Source of the DNA: Scenedesmus sp. PABB004
Lineage: Eukaryota
Direction: 5' to 3'
Length of the DNA stretch: 64,000 bases
Assembly: GCA_014905635.1 (NCBI GenBank)
Contig: CM026547.1
Coordinates: forward strand, 496,001-560,000
Under the pieces are notes generated by a model. That model searched no databases and had not been told where the DNA came from. It was given only the letters and a program-made list of their open reading frames with translations. The stretch's first letter is position 1. The number at the start of each line of letters is the position of its first letter. This document shows, in pieces, positions 1 through 12,290 of this stretch. A program made the position numbers and the translations under genes.

Positions 1-3000
1 CTTGATGGCCATGCGCCCGACGCAGTTGGTGCAGGTCGCGACCACGCTGCCGGGCTGCAGGAACCACGCGCGGGCCACGCTGGCGGACGGGCACTCGCCC
101 TTGCCCGCGCACGCCGCCTCCACCTGCGGCACGTGCGTGCGTGCGTGCGGCGGGCGGCGAGGGTTGGCGGCGCGGCACGCTGAGCGTGCGCCCCAGCCAC
201 GGGGCTGCCGCGGCCAGCACAGCAGGCGCGACGCCGCCGCCGCCGCGCCCACCTGGCAGGGAATGGTGAGCGCGTCGGTGTCGCTCGCCGTCTTGCCGCC
301 GGACGTCACGACCGACACGCCCACGGTCGCGCCGACAGACGCGCCCACGCCGCAGATGCCCGCGGGCAGCGCGACGCTGGCTGTGCACGTCACGCTCGCG
401 CCGGGGGCCAGCGGGCCGAGGGTGGCGCATGTCATTGGCACCGCCGCGAGGGTGCCCACGTTGAGGCTGGGCGGCGATGAGGCGGTCCAGGCGGTGTTGG
501 CGCCGGCCGGGTTGGTCACGAGCGCAGAGTAAACAACCGTCCCTGCGCGGCGCGGCCGGCGGGGCGCGCGTGAGTGGGCGCGGGGCCTCGCGGCGCAGCG
601 CCAGCGCGGGGGCGCGCGGCGGGCACGCCCGCGTCAGCCCTGCAAGCGCACCCGGTGCGGCGGCAGAGATGCTCGTGGTGGTGGAGGTGAGTGCAATGTC
701 CACCTGCGGCCGCACGTCCATGGTCACAGTCTGGCTGACCGGCCGCTCCAGAGTCACGTCGCCCGTCTGGCCAGGTGTCAACGACGTGGCCGCGGCGACG
801 ACGGAGCAGCCGGCCGCGGCGCCGCTGATGGTGAGGTCGACCGACAGCGGGCTGCCCGACTCAAACGCCGCGGCGCTGACCGTCGTGGCGATCTTGCAGC
901 TCACGCTGCCGCCGGGCGCGGCCGCGCCGGCGAGGCTGCAGCCGGTCAGCGTGCGCGAGGCGGTCAGGCCGGTGAGGCGCCAGTTGCCATTGTTGGTCAC
1001 CGTGACGTCGCACTCGACCGGGCCGGCTGCGGCAGCGGGGGCGGCGGACGGCGGGCGGCCGTGCGTGAGCGAGCGGGCCCCCCGGCGCGCAGCCGCGAAG
1101 CGCCGCCAGCCCTCGCTGAAGCTCGAGCCCCTGGTGCCAGGCGCCCGAGCCCCTGGCAGTGCACGCGCGCGCCGCACCCGCGCTGATGGAGGTCGGGCAG
1201 ACCATCGACACCGCGAGCCCGGTGGCGCAGGTCGCGGTCACCGTCTCGGCCGCCGTGACGGGCGCGGGCAGCGTGGGGCTGGTGGCGGTCGCGGTGTTGA
1301 TGTGCCCCGCGGCGGCGCCCTCCATCGCCGCCTGGTCAAACGTGATGGACCCGGTGCACGTCAGCACCGCGCCAGGCGCGAGCGCGGCCGGCTGCGCGGG
1401 CGTGCAGGCGAGGCTGGGCACGCGCGGGTCGGCGATCGCCACGCTGGTGAGGCCCACGTTGCCCACGTTGGTCGCGACGATGGTGTAGGACACGACGCCT
1501 GCGCGCGGCGGCGGGCGGCGCGGAGCGACGCGGGCGCATGGGCGGCGGCGCGGGCACCGAGCGCGCGGGCGGCAACGCAGGCGCGGGCGGCCGCGCACGC
1601 GCGCGCGCGCGCGCGCGCGCGCGCACCTGGCGCCGAGAGCGTGGTGGTGTTGGCGGTCTTCTCCAGCTGCAGCGCGGGCGACTGCGCGGCGGCGGCCACT
1701 GCGTTGTCGGTGTCGAACACGGAGGGGCCGGCGTCGCCGCCCTCGGCGCCGCCCTCGGGCCGGGGCGGCTGCGCCCAGCTCGGCTCCGAGCCGGACACGC
1801 TGCCGGTGTTGACGATGCTGCCGGCGTCGATGTCGGCCTGCGCCACCGTGTAGCTGCCGCCGCACGTGAGCGTGGCGCCCACGGCGAGGTCCACGCCCGC
1901 CGCGCTCTCGCCGCACGCCGCGCCGGTCAGGTCAGGGATCATGGAGTCGGTCGGTGATCTTCACGCCAAAGAGCCTGAGAGGCAGGACGAGAGGAGGCAG
2001 TTAGTAGTAGGGTTTAGAGGGAGGGGAGGGGTTCAGCGCTGGGCGCGCGGAGGCCCCGCCCGGCGGGCCAGCCGCCGGCCGCGCGCACTTGATGTTGCCC
2101 GTGTTGTTGGCTACCAGCTCAAAGACCACCACGTTGCCGGGGCGCGAGAAGTTGCTGCCGCTGACGACCCGCTTGGCCAGCGAGAGCCTCTGCGCCGCAC
2201 GCGATCGATGGGAGATGGCGGGGAGGTGAGCGCGTGGCGGCGGGCGGCGTCGCAGGGGTGAGCCGCCGGGCCGGCGGCGGCGGGGTGGCGGCGCGGTGCG
2301 GCCCCGCGTGCGGCCAGCGAGCCGCCCGCCCGTGCACTCACGCCGGCCAGGGCAGGGCCTGAAGCGCGAGGGTGGTGCTGGCGCCCGTGGTCTGCTGGAC
2401 CTCCGTGTTGGTGGCCTGGCCGTTGACCACGACGCTGATGCTGCCCGCGTCCAGGTCGGCCTGGGTGATCACGTACGGCGCGGTGGTGCACGACACGGTG
2501 GCTCCGGGGGCCACGGCCGTGGACGGGGTGCAGCCAACGATCGTGACCGGCTCCCCGCCGACGCGCACCGACGTGAGCGAGAGCAGCTCGAGGACGTTGC
2601 CTGCCGCGGCGCGGCGCGGCGCGGCGGCGTGAGCTGCCGCAGCAGGCCGGCGCGGGTGCCCCGCGCCTGTGCGCCCCGCGCCGTGCCGCGTCACAGCAAG
2701 GGCGCCCACCCGTGTTGGTGAGCTCAACAGCCAGCGTGACGGCGTCGCCGACGGCATCATACTTGCCGGCCTCCACGCCGTCCACGGCCGCCACGCCGGT
2801 GAAGGTCAGCTTCACCTCGGGCGCGGTCGTGCGGATGGCGTCGTCAAAGGACTGCTCGGGCGCCTCGCCGCCGCCCGCGGTCGTGAGGTTGGCCGACACC
2901 GTCACGCTCTGGTCGGCGGAGCTGCGCGCGGCGCACGGGGGCGGCGCGGGTCAGCGCGGCGCAGCGGCAGCGCACGCGCGCGCATGTGCCCGCCATGCGC

Positions 3001-6000
3001 ACCCGATGTCCTGCAGTGTGAAGACGTAGGTCACGTTGCAGGTGACAGAGGCGCCCACGGCGAGCGACGCGGGCAGGCCGCCGGGCGCGCCGGCGGGCGA
3101 GCAGCCGCCGAGGACGGGCGCCGCGCCGGTGCCGTCCGAGGCGAGGACCAGGTTGCTCAGGGCGAGGTCGACGTTGCCGGTGTTGCGGACGGTCAGCTCG
3201 TAGCGGACTGGGCCTGCGCGGGAGAAGGTGTGTGTGTGGGGGGGGGGGTCGGCCGCCGCGCGCCGGCGGGGCGCGGCGGGGCGCGGCGGGCACCGGCGCG
3301 GCAGGGGCGCGCGCGCGCGCGCGAGCGGCGCCGGCGCAGCGCCCGCGCACCAGCCGCATTGACAGGTGTCTCGGCGGTGTTCTCGAGCAGCAGCTGCGCG
3401 GTCGCGAGGATGGAGGGGACCGACTCGGCGCTGTCGGGCACGGGGCCGACGGTCAGCACGCCCTGAGGGAGGGAGCGGGCACGGGGCGCGGGGTGGGCGT
3501 CAGAGAGGAGCCGAGGCGGCCGCACAGCGGCGGCAGCTGCGGCGCGCGCGGCGCGCGGCCGCGCGGAGAGGGGCGCACGTTGGGTCCGGACGCGGTCGCG
3601 GTGCCGGCCAGGACGATGGTGTTGGCGTTGTTCAGGTCCGCTTGCGTCGCGGCGTAAGTGACCTGGCACGCGAACGACGCGCCGACGGCGAGGCTGGCCA
3701 GGGGCCAGGTCACCGGGGCGCCGTTGACGGTGCAGGCAGCGGCGCCGCCCTCGAGCTGGAGGTTGACCACCACGTTTGTCAGCGCCGCCTCGCCCGTGTT
3801 TGTGGCGGTGACGGTGAAGTGAACGGTGCCTTTTGCAGCAGGGAGGGAGCACGCGCGGGGGTGGCCAGCGGCAGGCAGGCGCCCGTCAGCAACCAGGCGC
3901 GGCGCAGCGGGGCCGGCCCGCGGCCCGCGCGTGCGCGGCGGGGGCGCAGGCGCGTGCGCGGGCTGCGCAGGGCGGCGGCGCGCGCGGGGGCCCTCACTCG
4001 GCGTGCTGAACCGTGTCTCCTCGGCGGTGATGTCGAGGGACAGGCCGAGAGCGCTGCCGGAGCTGGAGGTCAAGTCGCTCACAGACCCGCTCTTGCCGCC
4101 GGGCGTCGTCCACGCGAGCGTTGCCGTGTTGGTGAGCGTCGAAGTGGACGCCTCGGCCCGCGTCACGGTGTGCGCGCCCGTGCAGGTCATCGTGGCGAGC
4201 GAGGCCAGCGGCGCCGAGAGCGACGGCGTGCAGGCCAGGCTGCCCGCGTTGAGCATCGCGTCCTGGAGGTTGAGCGTGAGGGCCACGTTGCCGGTGTTGA
4301 TGATGGTGAAGGAGTAGCGCAGCACGTCGCCTGCGCGCGCGCGCGCGGGGCGGCAGGCGGCGGTGGTGAGGCGCTGCCGCCTTGCCCGGCAGGTGCGGGC
4401 GGGGGCAGCCGGCAGCTGCTGGCCAGCAAAAGGGACAACGACAATGCAGCAGCTGGCCGCCGCGCGCGGCCGGTGGCTGCAGGGCAGACCGCGCCGGCGG
4501 CGGCGCGGGCGCACCACCCGCGCACCAGCATCGGCGTAGCGCGGCGTGGAGGTTGACTTGTCAAAGCTCACGGACGGCAGCTCGTTCAGGGTCCACCTGA
4601 TGCTGGCGGTGTCGTTCACCTGCCGCGCGCACGGCAGACGGGTGCGACGCGCTTGGGCGCCCGCGCTGTGCGCCAATGCGCTGCGGCCAGGGCCCGCCCG
4701 CGCCGCGCAGCGCCGAGCCTCACCGTCGTGCGCGCCCCGGTGTAGGTCGACGTGTAGACGCCGCTCGCCGTGGCCGTGAGGCTGGCGGCGGGGGCGACGG
4801 GCGGCAGCCGGGCGCCGGCGGCCGGGCGTGAGCGGCGGGTGCGCCGCGCCCGGCGCCCGCGCTGCGCCGGACGCGGCGCGCGCACCTCGCGTCGCCGTCG
4901 GCCATGTCGGCGGGTGTGACCGTGTACGCCAGGTTGGAGGCCGTGCACGTCACCCACTCGAGGCTGACAGGGAGGTTGGGGCAGGTCAGGGTCTGGCCGG
5001 CGTACGTGACGGTCACGCTGGTCAGCGGGACGTTGCCCGTGTTTTTGACTTGCGCGCTCGCATAGCGCAGTTGGCCCACGCTGGTGTACTGCGGCTCGTT
5101 GGTGCTTAGCTGCACGTCGATCGAGGGGTTGCCAACCGGCACGGTCGTGTTGATGACCAGACCTGCGGCGGCGCGGCGCGGCGCGGCCCCGGCGGTCGGC
5201 GGCGGGCGCGCGCGCCGCCGCGGCGCACGCCCAGCAGCGCGCCGTCCGCACGGCGCGGCCCGCGCCGGCGCGGTCCGCCCGCCGTGCAGCTGTGGCTGCA
5301 CCCCGGGGGCTGCTGCGCACGGGTCGCGAGGCAGTCGCACTTTGACGGCGAGCTGGGGCCCGTCTGCGTCAACTTGCTGGGCCCCGGGCCCGTGCAGGGC
5401 TGCTCACTCCCGGAGTTGCGCGCGTTCTGGGAGTAGGCAAAGCAGGTCGGGATGACCAGCTTGTTGTCGCCAGGCTGGGCAGGCGCGCGGGCGAGCGAGC
5501 AGTGCGGCGGGGTGGGCTTGTGCGGTGGGGCGGCGCGGCGCACGCCGCCGCGCGCGTGGCTGCGCGGCGCAGGCCGTGCGGCCGGCGCTCACCAGGGGCA
5601 CGCACTTCACCGTCAGTCGGGACGGCAGGTCGCAGGTGACGCCGGGGTTGTCGCCGCTACCCTGGGGCTTGGTCAGGTCGCCGCAGACGTCGCCGTCAAA
5701 GTCCTTGAGGTTGGACCCGCACCCCGTGGCGTTGGCGGAGCCGAGCTTGGGCAGGGCGCTGATGGCGCAGCTCGAGCCGACTGCAAGGGGCGACAGGCCG
5801 TTGGTGCTGAGGAAGGTGCCTGGATGGTGCGGAGCGGTGCGGCAGCGGTAGACACGCGGTCGTCACGGCAAAGCAGCGGCGGCGGCGGCGCCCGCCGGCC
5901 GCGCTGCGCAGGGCCTGCAGGCGGCGAGCTTCGTGCTGTTGGCGAGCAGCACTACGTAGTAAACCCACCGATGGCATAGCGCTCGTTCCCCATGGTCTTG

Positions 6001-6368
6001 ATGTTGACCGTGAGCGCCAGCGTGACATAAGACTCGGGGCTGGTGCAGGTCGGGCCGATGATCTGGAACGACGTAGCGACGAGCTGCATGTCGCCGGCCG
6101 TGCACTGCAGGGAGTCGGTCGCCAGTCCATTGTCGAGGCACCGCCGGTCAGCGACCGGCCCGAACGACACCGCCGGCGTGCACTGGCACGTGGTCTGCGC
6201 CAGCTTGCGGCCTGCGCCTGCCGCGGCGCCGCCCGCCCACGCGGGCCAGGCCGCCGCCGAGGAGCCGGCCGGCGTCAACGACTGCAGGTGGCGCGCCTGT
6301 GCGACGCCGGCCAACAGCAGCAGCGCGCCCAGCGCCCAGGGCCAGCGGCCCGTCGGGGAGCGCGGCAT
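1..6368 (-). CDS. Large secreted multi-exon protein with ~9 DUF11/DUF7507-like Ig-fold repeats; 3' end runs off the window
   Basis: ATG at 6368 gives the signal peptide MPRSPTGRWPWALGALLLLAGVAQA. A Cys-rich N-terminal region follows, then recurring units such as YSFTIINTGNVAL, FTVTATNTGEAAL, YELTVRNTGNVDL and YTIVATNVGNVGL with 'LAxGASxTC..Y.VTQAD.D.G' motifs, separated by short introns. Apparent frameshift near 1950. Confidence 0.75.
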
Positions 6369-7074
6369 GGCGGGCGGGCGGCGTCGGGGAGGGCGCTCGC
6401 GGGCGGGGAGCTCGCCAGATGATGTGGACGGCGACTGCCCTGTGAACGGCGTCTCACGGCCACCAGCGCCGCCTGCGCGCGGCGAAGCGCAGCCGTCGGC
6501 TCGCCGTGACTGCGGACCCCGCGCGAGCGCGGCGCGGGCCCAGCGCTCGCGCTGCTGGCCCGGCCCCGGCGGCCGGCACGCGCACCTCGGCTCCTGCTGC
6601 TGGGGGACGGTGCGTGAGCGGCGCGAGGTCGGGGCGGACGGCCGGTCAATGGAGCGGGAGCGGAGGCGCGGCGTTGACGCCGGGCCGCAGCACGCCGCCG
6701 TCACCCAGCAGCGCCCGCGCCGCCGCGGCGACGCGCGTTAGGCGGCGCTCGTGTGCGGCGCCGCCGCCGGCACACCGTCACACGCAGGGCGAGACATTGA
6801 CGCCGGCAGCAAGGGATGCCGGCGCGGTGGCATCACGCGCTCGCTTCAACCCTGCGGCGCGCGGCGGCCGACCGTTCGTCCGCTCGCCCGCTCGCCACGG
6901 CGGCCCACGCACACAGCCTCTGCGTTGGCTCCTCACGCACTCATCTCTGCTCGAGGCCTGCGCCGCTCCCGCACGCCGCAGCCCGCGCGCCGTCATCGCG
7001 CGCCGCGCTCGGCGGCGGCCGCGCTGGAGTGGCTGTCCGGCGTGGGGAGGGGCCCCTGGGACGCGCCGGCCGCC

Positions 7075-7985
7075 ATGGAGGGCGGCAGGGGCGCGCGGGA
7101 CGGCGCGGCGGCGCCGCTGGAAGCGATGAGGCACGAGCTGGCCGAGCTGCTAAACGCCTGCCTGAGCTCGTTCCAGGGCTGGATCGGCGAGAGCGGCGAG
7201 CTGGCGCTGGCGGCCGCGCTGGGGGCCGCCGACGCCGCGGCGCGCGGCGACGGCGGCGCGCTCGCGAAGCGCGAGCGGGCAGAGGCGGACATGATCGCGG
7301 TCCTCTCGGCGGGCCTGGCGGAGCGGCTGCGCCACCTCGAGGGCGAGCTGCGCCGCGCCGCCGGCGGCGGCGCGGGCGGGGAGGGCGACGCCGACGCCGG
7401 CGGGCGGCGCGAGCGCGAGGCGGTGCGGCGCGCGCTGCAGGCGGAGCTCGACCGCCTCGTCGCCGTGCCGCTGGGGCCGCCGCTGCTGCACGAGATCGGC
7501 CGCAGCTACCGCCGCGTGGCCGAGACCTGGCGCGGCAACCTGGTGGCGCAGGGGCTGGTGCGCGCGCGCGTTCACTTGCGCGCACGCCGCGCCCGCCGCC
7601 GCCGTGCTCCCCACACGCTGCCGCTGCCGCCGCCCGCGTAGGTCAACCTGGGGGAGGCCATCAGCCACAAGGCGAGGCGCGGCGGCGCCGCGGCAGCCCG
7701 TCGTGCGGCGCGCGGCGCGCGGCGCGCCCAGCGCGCGCGCGCGCGAGCGCCCGCATGCGCGCAGGTGTCGGCGGTCGCCGGCGCAGTGAGCCTGGGGCTC
7801 ATGGCTCAAGACCTGGAGGCCACCGCGGCGCTGGCAGCGGAGCGCGCCGGCACGCAGGCAGGTCGCGCGGGGGGCTTCCGCCACCACCTGCTGCAGGCAG
7901 GTCGCGCCCGCCCGCACGGCCCAGCCGCGGGCGGCGCGGCGCCGGCGTGTGGCCCTGGGTCCCGCCTCACGCGCCCGCGCGCGCC

Positions 7986-8037
<52 letters not shown>

Positions 8038-11000
8038 GCAGCCGCAGCCAGAGGTCGGCGACGCGGCGACCACGACGCCCGCCGGCGCGGCGGCGGCGGC
8101 CGCGATCGACGCCGCCGCGGCGCGGGCGGTCTATGCCGAGGAGCACCTGGCGAGTGTTGTCAACGCAGTCTGGCGCGTGCTCTCGCACAACCTGGACCGC
8201 GTCCTGCGCGGCGCCGCCGACGGCGCGCTGCGCGCGATACGCGACGACGGGGGCGCGCCCGCCGCCGACGAGGCAGCGCGCGTGCTGGCGCTGGTGGCCG
8301 ACGTGCTGCAGGTGGGCCCGCGACGCGCCCGCGGGCGGAACCGCTGCGCGCGCGGCGCTGAGTGCTGACCGCCGCGCGGCGCGCCCGGCGCCCCTGCGCG
8401 CGGCGCGCAGGGCGCGCTGCGGCCCTTTGCGCCCGGCGCGCCGGCGGCAGCCGCGTACGCGCAGGACGCGGCCACGGTGAGCCACGGCGCGCTCGCGCTG
8501 GCGGCCGCGGGCGCCGTGGGCGGCCGCGGCAGGCACCTTCTGCCGCTCGACGCGTACGGCGAGGTGGTGGACACCGCCCGGCCGGGCGAGGAGCCCCGCG
8601 CGCCCAGCCGGAGCGCGGCGCGGCCGCGGCCGGCAGGGCGGCGGGCGAGGCGGCGTCGGCGGCGGGCGAGGTGGCCGGCGACGCGGCTGAGGGCGGCGCC
8701 GCGCGCGCCGGGCGCCTGGCCGGCGCCGCCGGGCGCGCAGCCGCCGCGGGCGCCGACGCCGCCAAGGGCATGTTCGCGGCCGGGGACGAGGCGCTGGCCG
8801 GCGGCGCAGAGGCCAGCCGCGGCGCGGCGCGGGCCGCGCAGCAGGCGCTCGACGAGGGCGCCTCGGCGGCGGACGCCGCGCTCGACGCGGCCGCGCCCGC
8901 GGCGGCCGACGCCGTGGGCGCGACCGCAGCCGAGGCGGCGCGCGCTGTGCGCGAGGCGGCGGGCCAGGCGGCGCGCGTGGCGCGCGTGGCGGCGGAGGGC
9001 GCGGACCAGCTGAGCGCCGACGTCGCGGCGGGCGCAGGTTCGGTGGGCGGCGTGGCCGCGGAGCAGGCGCAGCGCCTGCTCGCGCTCGGCTCCGCGGGCG
9101 GCGAGGCAGGCATTGCGTCGCTGCAGGACTCAGCGGAGGGCGCGGTGTCGCGCCTGCCGGCCGCGAGCGACGCGGCGGCACGCGCGGCCGCGGGCGCGGC
9201 GGCCCCGGCCGCGGCGGCGGCGGCGGCGGCCGGCCTGACGTCCGCGGCGGAGCGCCTGCGCGGCGCGGGCGAGGCGCCCCGCCGCGTGCGGGCGCTGGGC
9301 GAGTCGGCGGCGCGGGACGTCGGCGGGCAGGGCCACGCCGCCGTGGACCGCGTGGCGGGGCAGGCGGCGGCGGCGGCAGCGGCGGCCGGCGAGCAGGTCG
9401 AGGCGGCGGGCCGGGCCGGCGCTGCGGCCGTCCAGGGCGCGGCGGAGGGCGCGGCCGAGGCGCTGCCGCGCGCGGCGGCCGAGGTCGAGCGCGAGGCGGT
9501 GGCGGTGCGGGACACGCTGGCGCCGCAGGTGTGTGCGCAAGGCGCGCGCAGCCGCCCCCCAGCGCGCTCCGCTGCGGGGGCACGCCTGGGCGCGGCCTGC
9601 ACGCCAGCCGCTGCCGCCCGCACCGCCCCCGCCGCCCTCCACACACATGCAGATCATCGCGCCCGCCGGCGCGCAGGCGGCGGCGGCGCTGCAGCAGGCC
9701 GGCGCCGGAGCGGGTGCGGCCACGTCGGCCGCCGCGTCCCAGGTCGCGCAGGGCCTGCCCGAGCTGGCCGCCGGCTTTGTCGAGGGCAGCCTGCAGCCGG
9801 CGGCGGAGGCGGCGGCGGCGGCGCTGCCGCGCGTGGCGGAGGAGGTTGGCGGCCAGCTCATCAAGAGCGAGGGTGGGCCGCCGCTGCCGGTGCCGCCGCT
9901 GCCGCTGCCATTATTGATGCGTTGACGCTGGCGGTGCCGCTGCCGCTGCCCACTGCCGCTGCCGCTGCCGCCGCTGCCGCGGACGTGCTGCTGCTGCGGT
10001 CTCCGCCGCCCGCCGACAGCTGAGACCGCGGCCGGCGGCATCGAGACCGTGACCGCGCAGCTGGGCGCGGGCGCGCCAGGCGCAGGTCCCGGCGCGCTCG
10101 TGGCGGCGGCGGAGGTCGTGTCGGCCCTGCCGGCGGCGGTGCAGGAGGCGGTCGAGCGCATCGTGCTGCCAGCCGTGCAGGGCGCGGCGTCCGACGCCGG
10201 CGCGCTGGCCAAGCGCGCGCAGGTCCAGGTGCTCTGCTCCACCCAGCTTCCGCAAGCCTGCAGGCTCAGCGCCGCGACGCTCGCTTGCGCGACGCCGCCG
10301 CCACTGCCCACCGCCGCTGCCGCCACCGGCAGGCGGACGTGGTGCTGTCGCGCCTGGCCAGCAGCTGCCGCCAGGCAGACCCGGAGCTGCTGGCGCCGCT
10401 GCGCGGAGAGCTGCTCTATCTGGCCCGCGTGCTGGAGGGCCCGGTGGGTGCACGCACCGCGCACCGCCGCGCCGGCGCTGGGTGCAGCGAGGGCGCGGCG
10501 CGGCCGCGCCGCTGCGCCGGTCACGCTGGTGCGACTCGCGGCAGCCGAGCGGCGGCGCCCTGGCGGCGCGCGCGCCGCCGCTCCGCAGGCGGCGTCCGCG
10601 CGCGCGGCGCTGGCCACCGCCGACCTGGCGGGCCGCGTGGGGGAGCTCCAGGGCGGGCTGGTGCCGGCGGCCGAGGCGGTGGGCGCTGCGCGGCGCGGGC
10701 CGGGGCGCGCGCCTGTCCTGCAGCGCCGCACGCCGCGAGCACCCACCGCGAGCCGCGCCGCGCGCAGGCGGCCACCGCGGTGCAGGAGGGGGTGGCAGCC
10801 GCCGCCCCAGGCATCGCCTCTCACCTTGCCGAGGCCGGCGAGCTGGTCAGCCGCGCCGGCAAGGAGGCCGCGCGGGGTGTGGAGGTGCGCCGCGTGCGCC
10901 GCCGCGGCATGCGTGCAGCCGTGCGCGCGGCTCACGCGTCTCGCTGCCCCTCTGCGTCGCACCCCCGCAATGCAGGCCCAGGCGGGCGGGCTGCGCTCGG

Positions 11001-12007
11001 CGCTCGCCGCGTCGGCCGACGACGCGGCCGCCCAGATCCCCAACGCGGCGGCGCAGGCGGGCGACGCGCTGCAGGCCGGCGCGCGGCAGCTGGCGGAGGC
11101 GGCGGAGGGCGAGGGCGGCGCGCTGGCGGCCGGCGTCGAGCAGGCCGGGGGCGCGATGGGTGCGGCGACGAGCACTGCTGCGGCGCACGCCGCGGACGCC
11201 GTCGTCGCCGCTGCAGACGCGGCCGCGGCCGCCGCCGGCGCCGCGGGCGGCGAGGCGGCGCGCCAGGCGGAGGCGGGCAGCGGTGTGGCGGGCGCCGGGC
11301 GGGCCGCCGCCGGCGCGCTCGAGGCAGCTGGGCGCGGCGGCGAGGCGGGCCTGCGCGAGGCGGCCGCGCAGGTTGCCCCGGCTGGGCACGCCGCCGTTGA
11401 CGCGGCGCAGCGCGGGGCGGCGGCGGTCGCGGAGGACGCCGGCGTCGCCGCGGAGCGCGTGGCGAGCGCGGGCGCGGGCCTGTCCGAGGCCGCGCTCGGG
11501 GCGGCGGCGGGGCTGCAGGACGCCGCCGCCGCGTCCGGCGGCGACCGGGCGAACGCCGAGAGCGCGGCCGCCGGCGCGGGCAGGGCGGCCGGCGCGCTCG
11601 GCGCGGCGGGCGAGCGCGGCGCGGCCGCGGCCGGCGGCGCCGCCGTGGGCCTGCGCGCGCCCGCCGTGCACGCGGCGGGCGCGCTCGGCGCGGCGGCCGG
11701 CAGCATCGAGGCGCGGGGCGCTGAGGCCGCGGGCGCGGCGGCGCGCGCGGCACGCGACGGCGCGGCGCGCGAGGGCGCCGACGCGGCGCGGCCGCGCCTG
11801 GACGCGGCGCGGCGCGAGGCGGGCCGCGCCGCGGCGGCGCTCGCGGGCGGCGCCAGGCGCGCGGCGGCGGCCCTGTCCGCCGGCCCCGCGGCGCGGGACG
11901 GGCCGGCGGCAGAGCAGGCGGAGGAGGGCAAGCAGGCGGGCGGCGGCGGCCGCGGTCGCGCCACCAGCGCGGCGGCGGGTGCGCCCGCCGGCTCGGTCGA
12001 GGCGTGA
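7075..12007 (+). CDS. DnaJ-X-domain-like protein with a long Ala/Gly/Glu-rich helical tail (multi-exon)
   Basis: Segments FQGWIGESGELALAAAL, LAERLRHL, LGPPLLHEIGRSYRRVA, VSAVAGAVSL, VVNAVWRVLSHNLDRVLRG and RVLALVADVLQ follow the order of DnaJ X-domain helices (recognised by eye). Stop at 12007. Exact exon structure is uncertain. Confidence 0.5.
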
Positions 12008-12290
12008 GTTGCGTTGCGAGCGGTTTTGAGTTGCGCCCCCGCGTGCCTGCTGGGCGGCGAGTTGTCAGGACCAGGGCGAGGTGACCCCGTCCTCGCTGCG
12101 CACACCGCACCACGAGCCGGTTCGGCGCGCGGCGACGCGGCAGCGGCGGCGAGCAACGGCGGCGCGACGCTGCGCAGGCACTGCTCCGCGGGGTGTCCGC
12201 GGCCTCCGTGGCGTCCGCGGCCTCCGGCTGGTGGAAAGCCCGCGCAGCAGGCGGGCGTGGAGGCCTTGGTCGCGGCGGGGGTCGGGGGCG

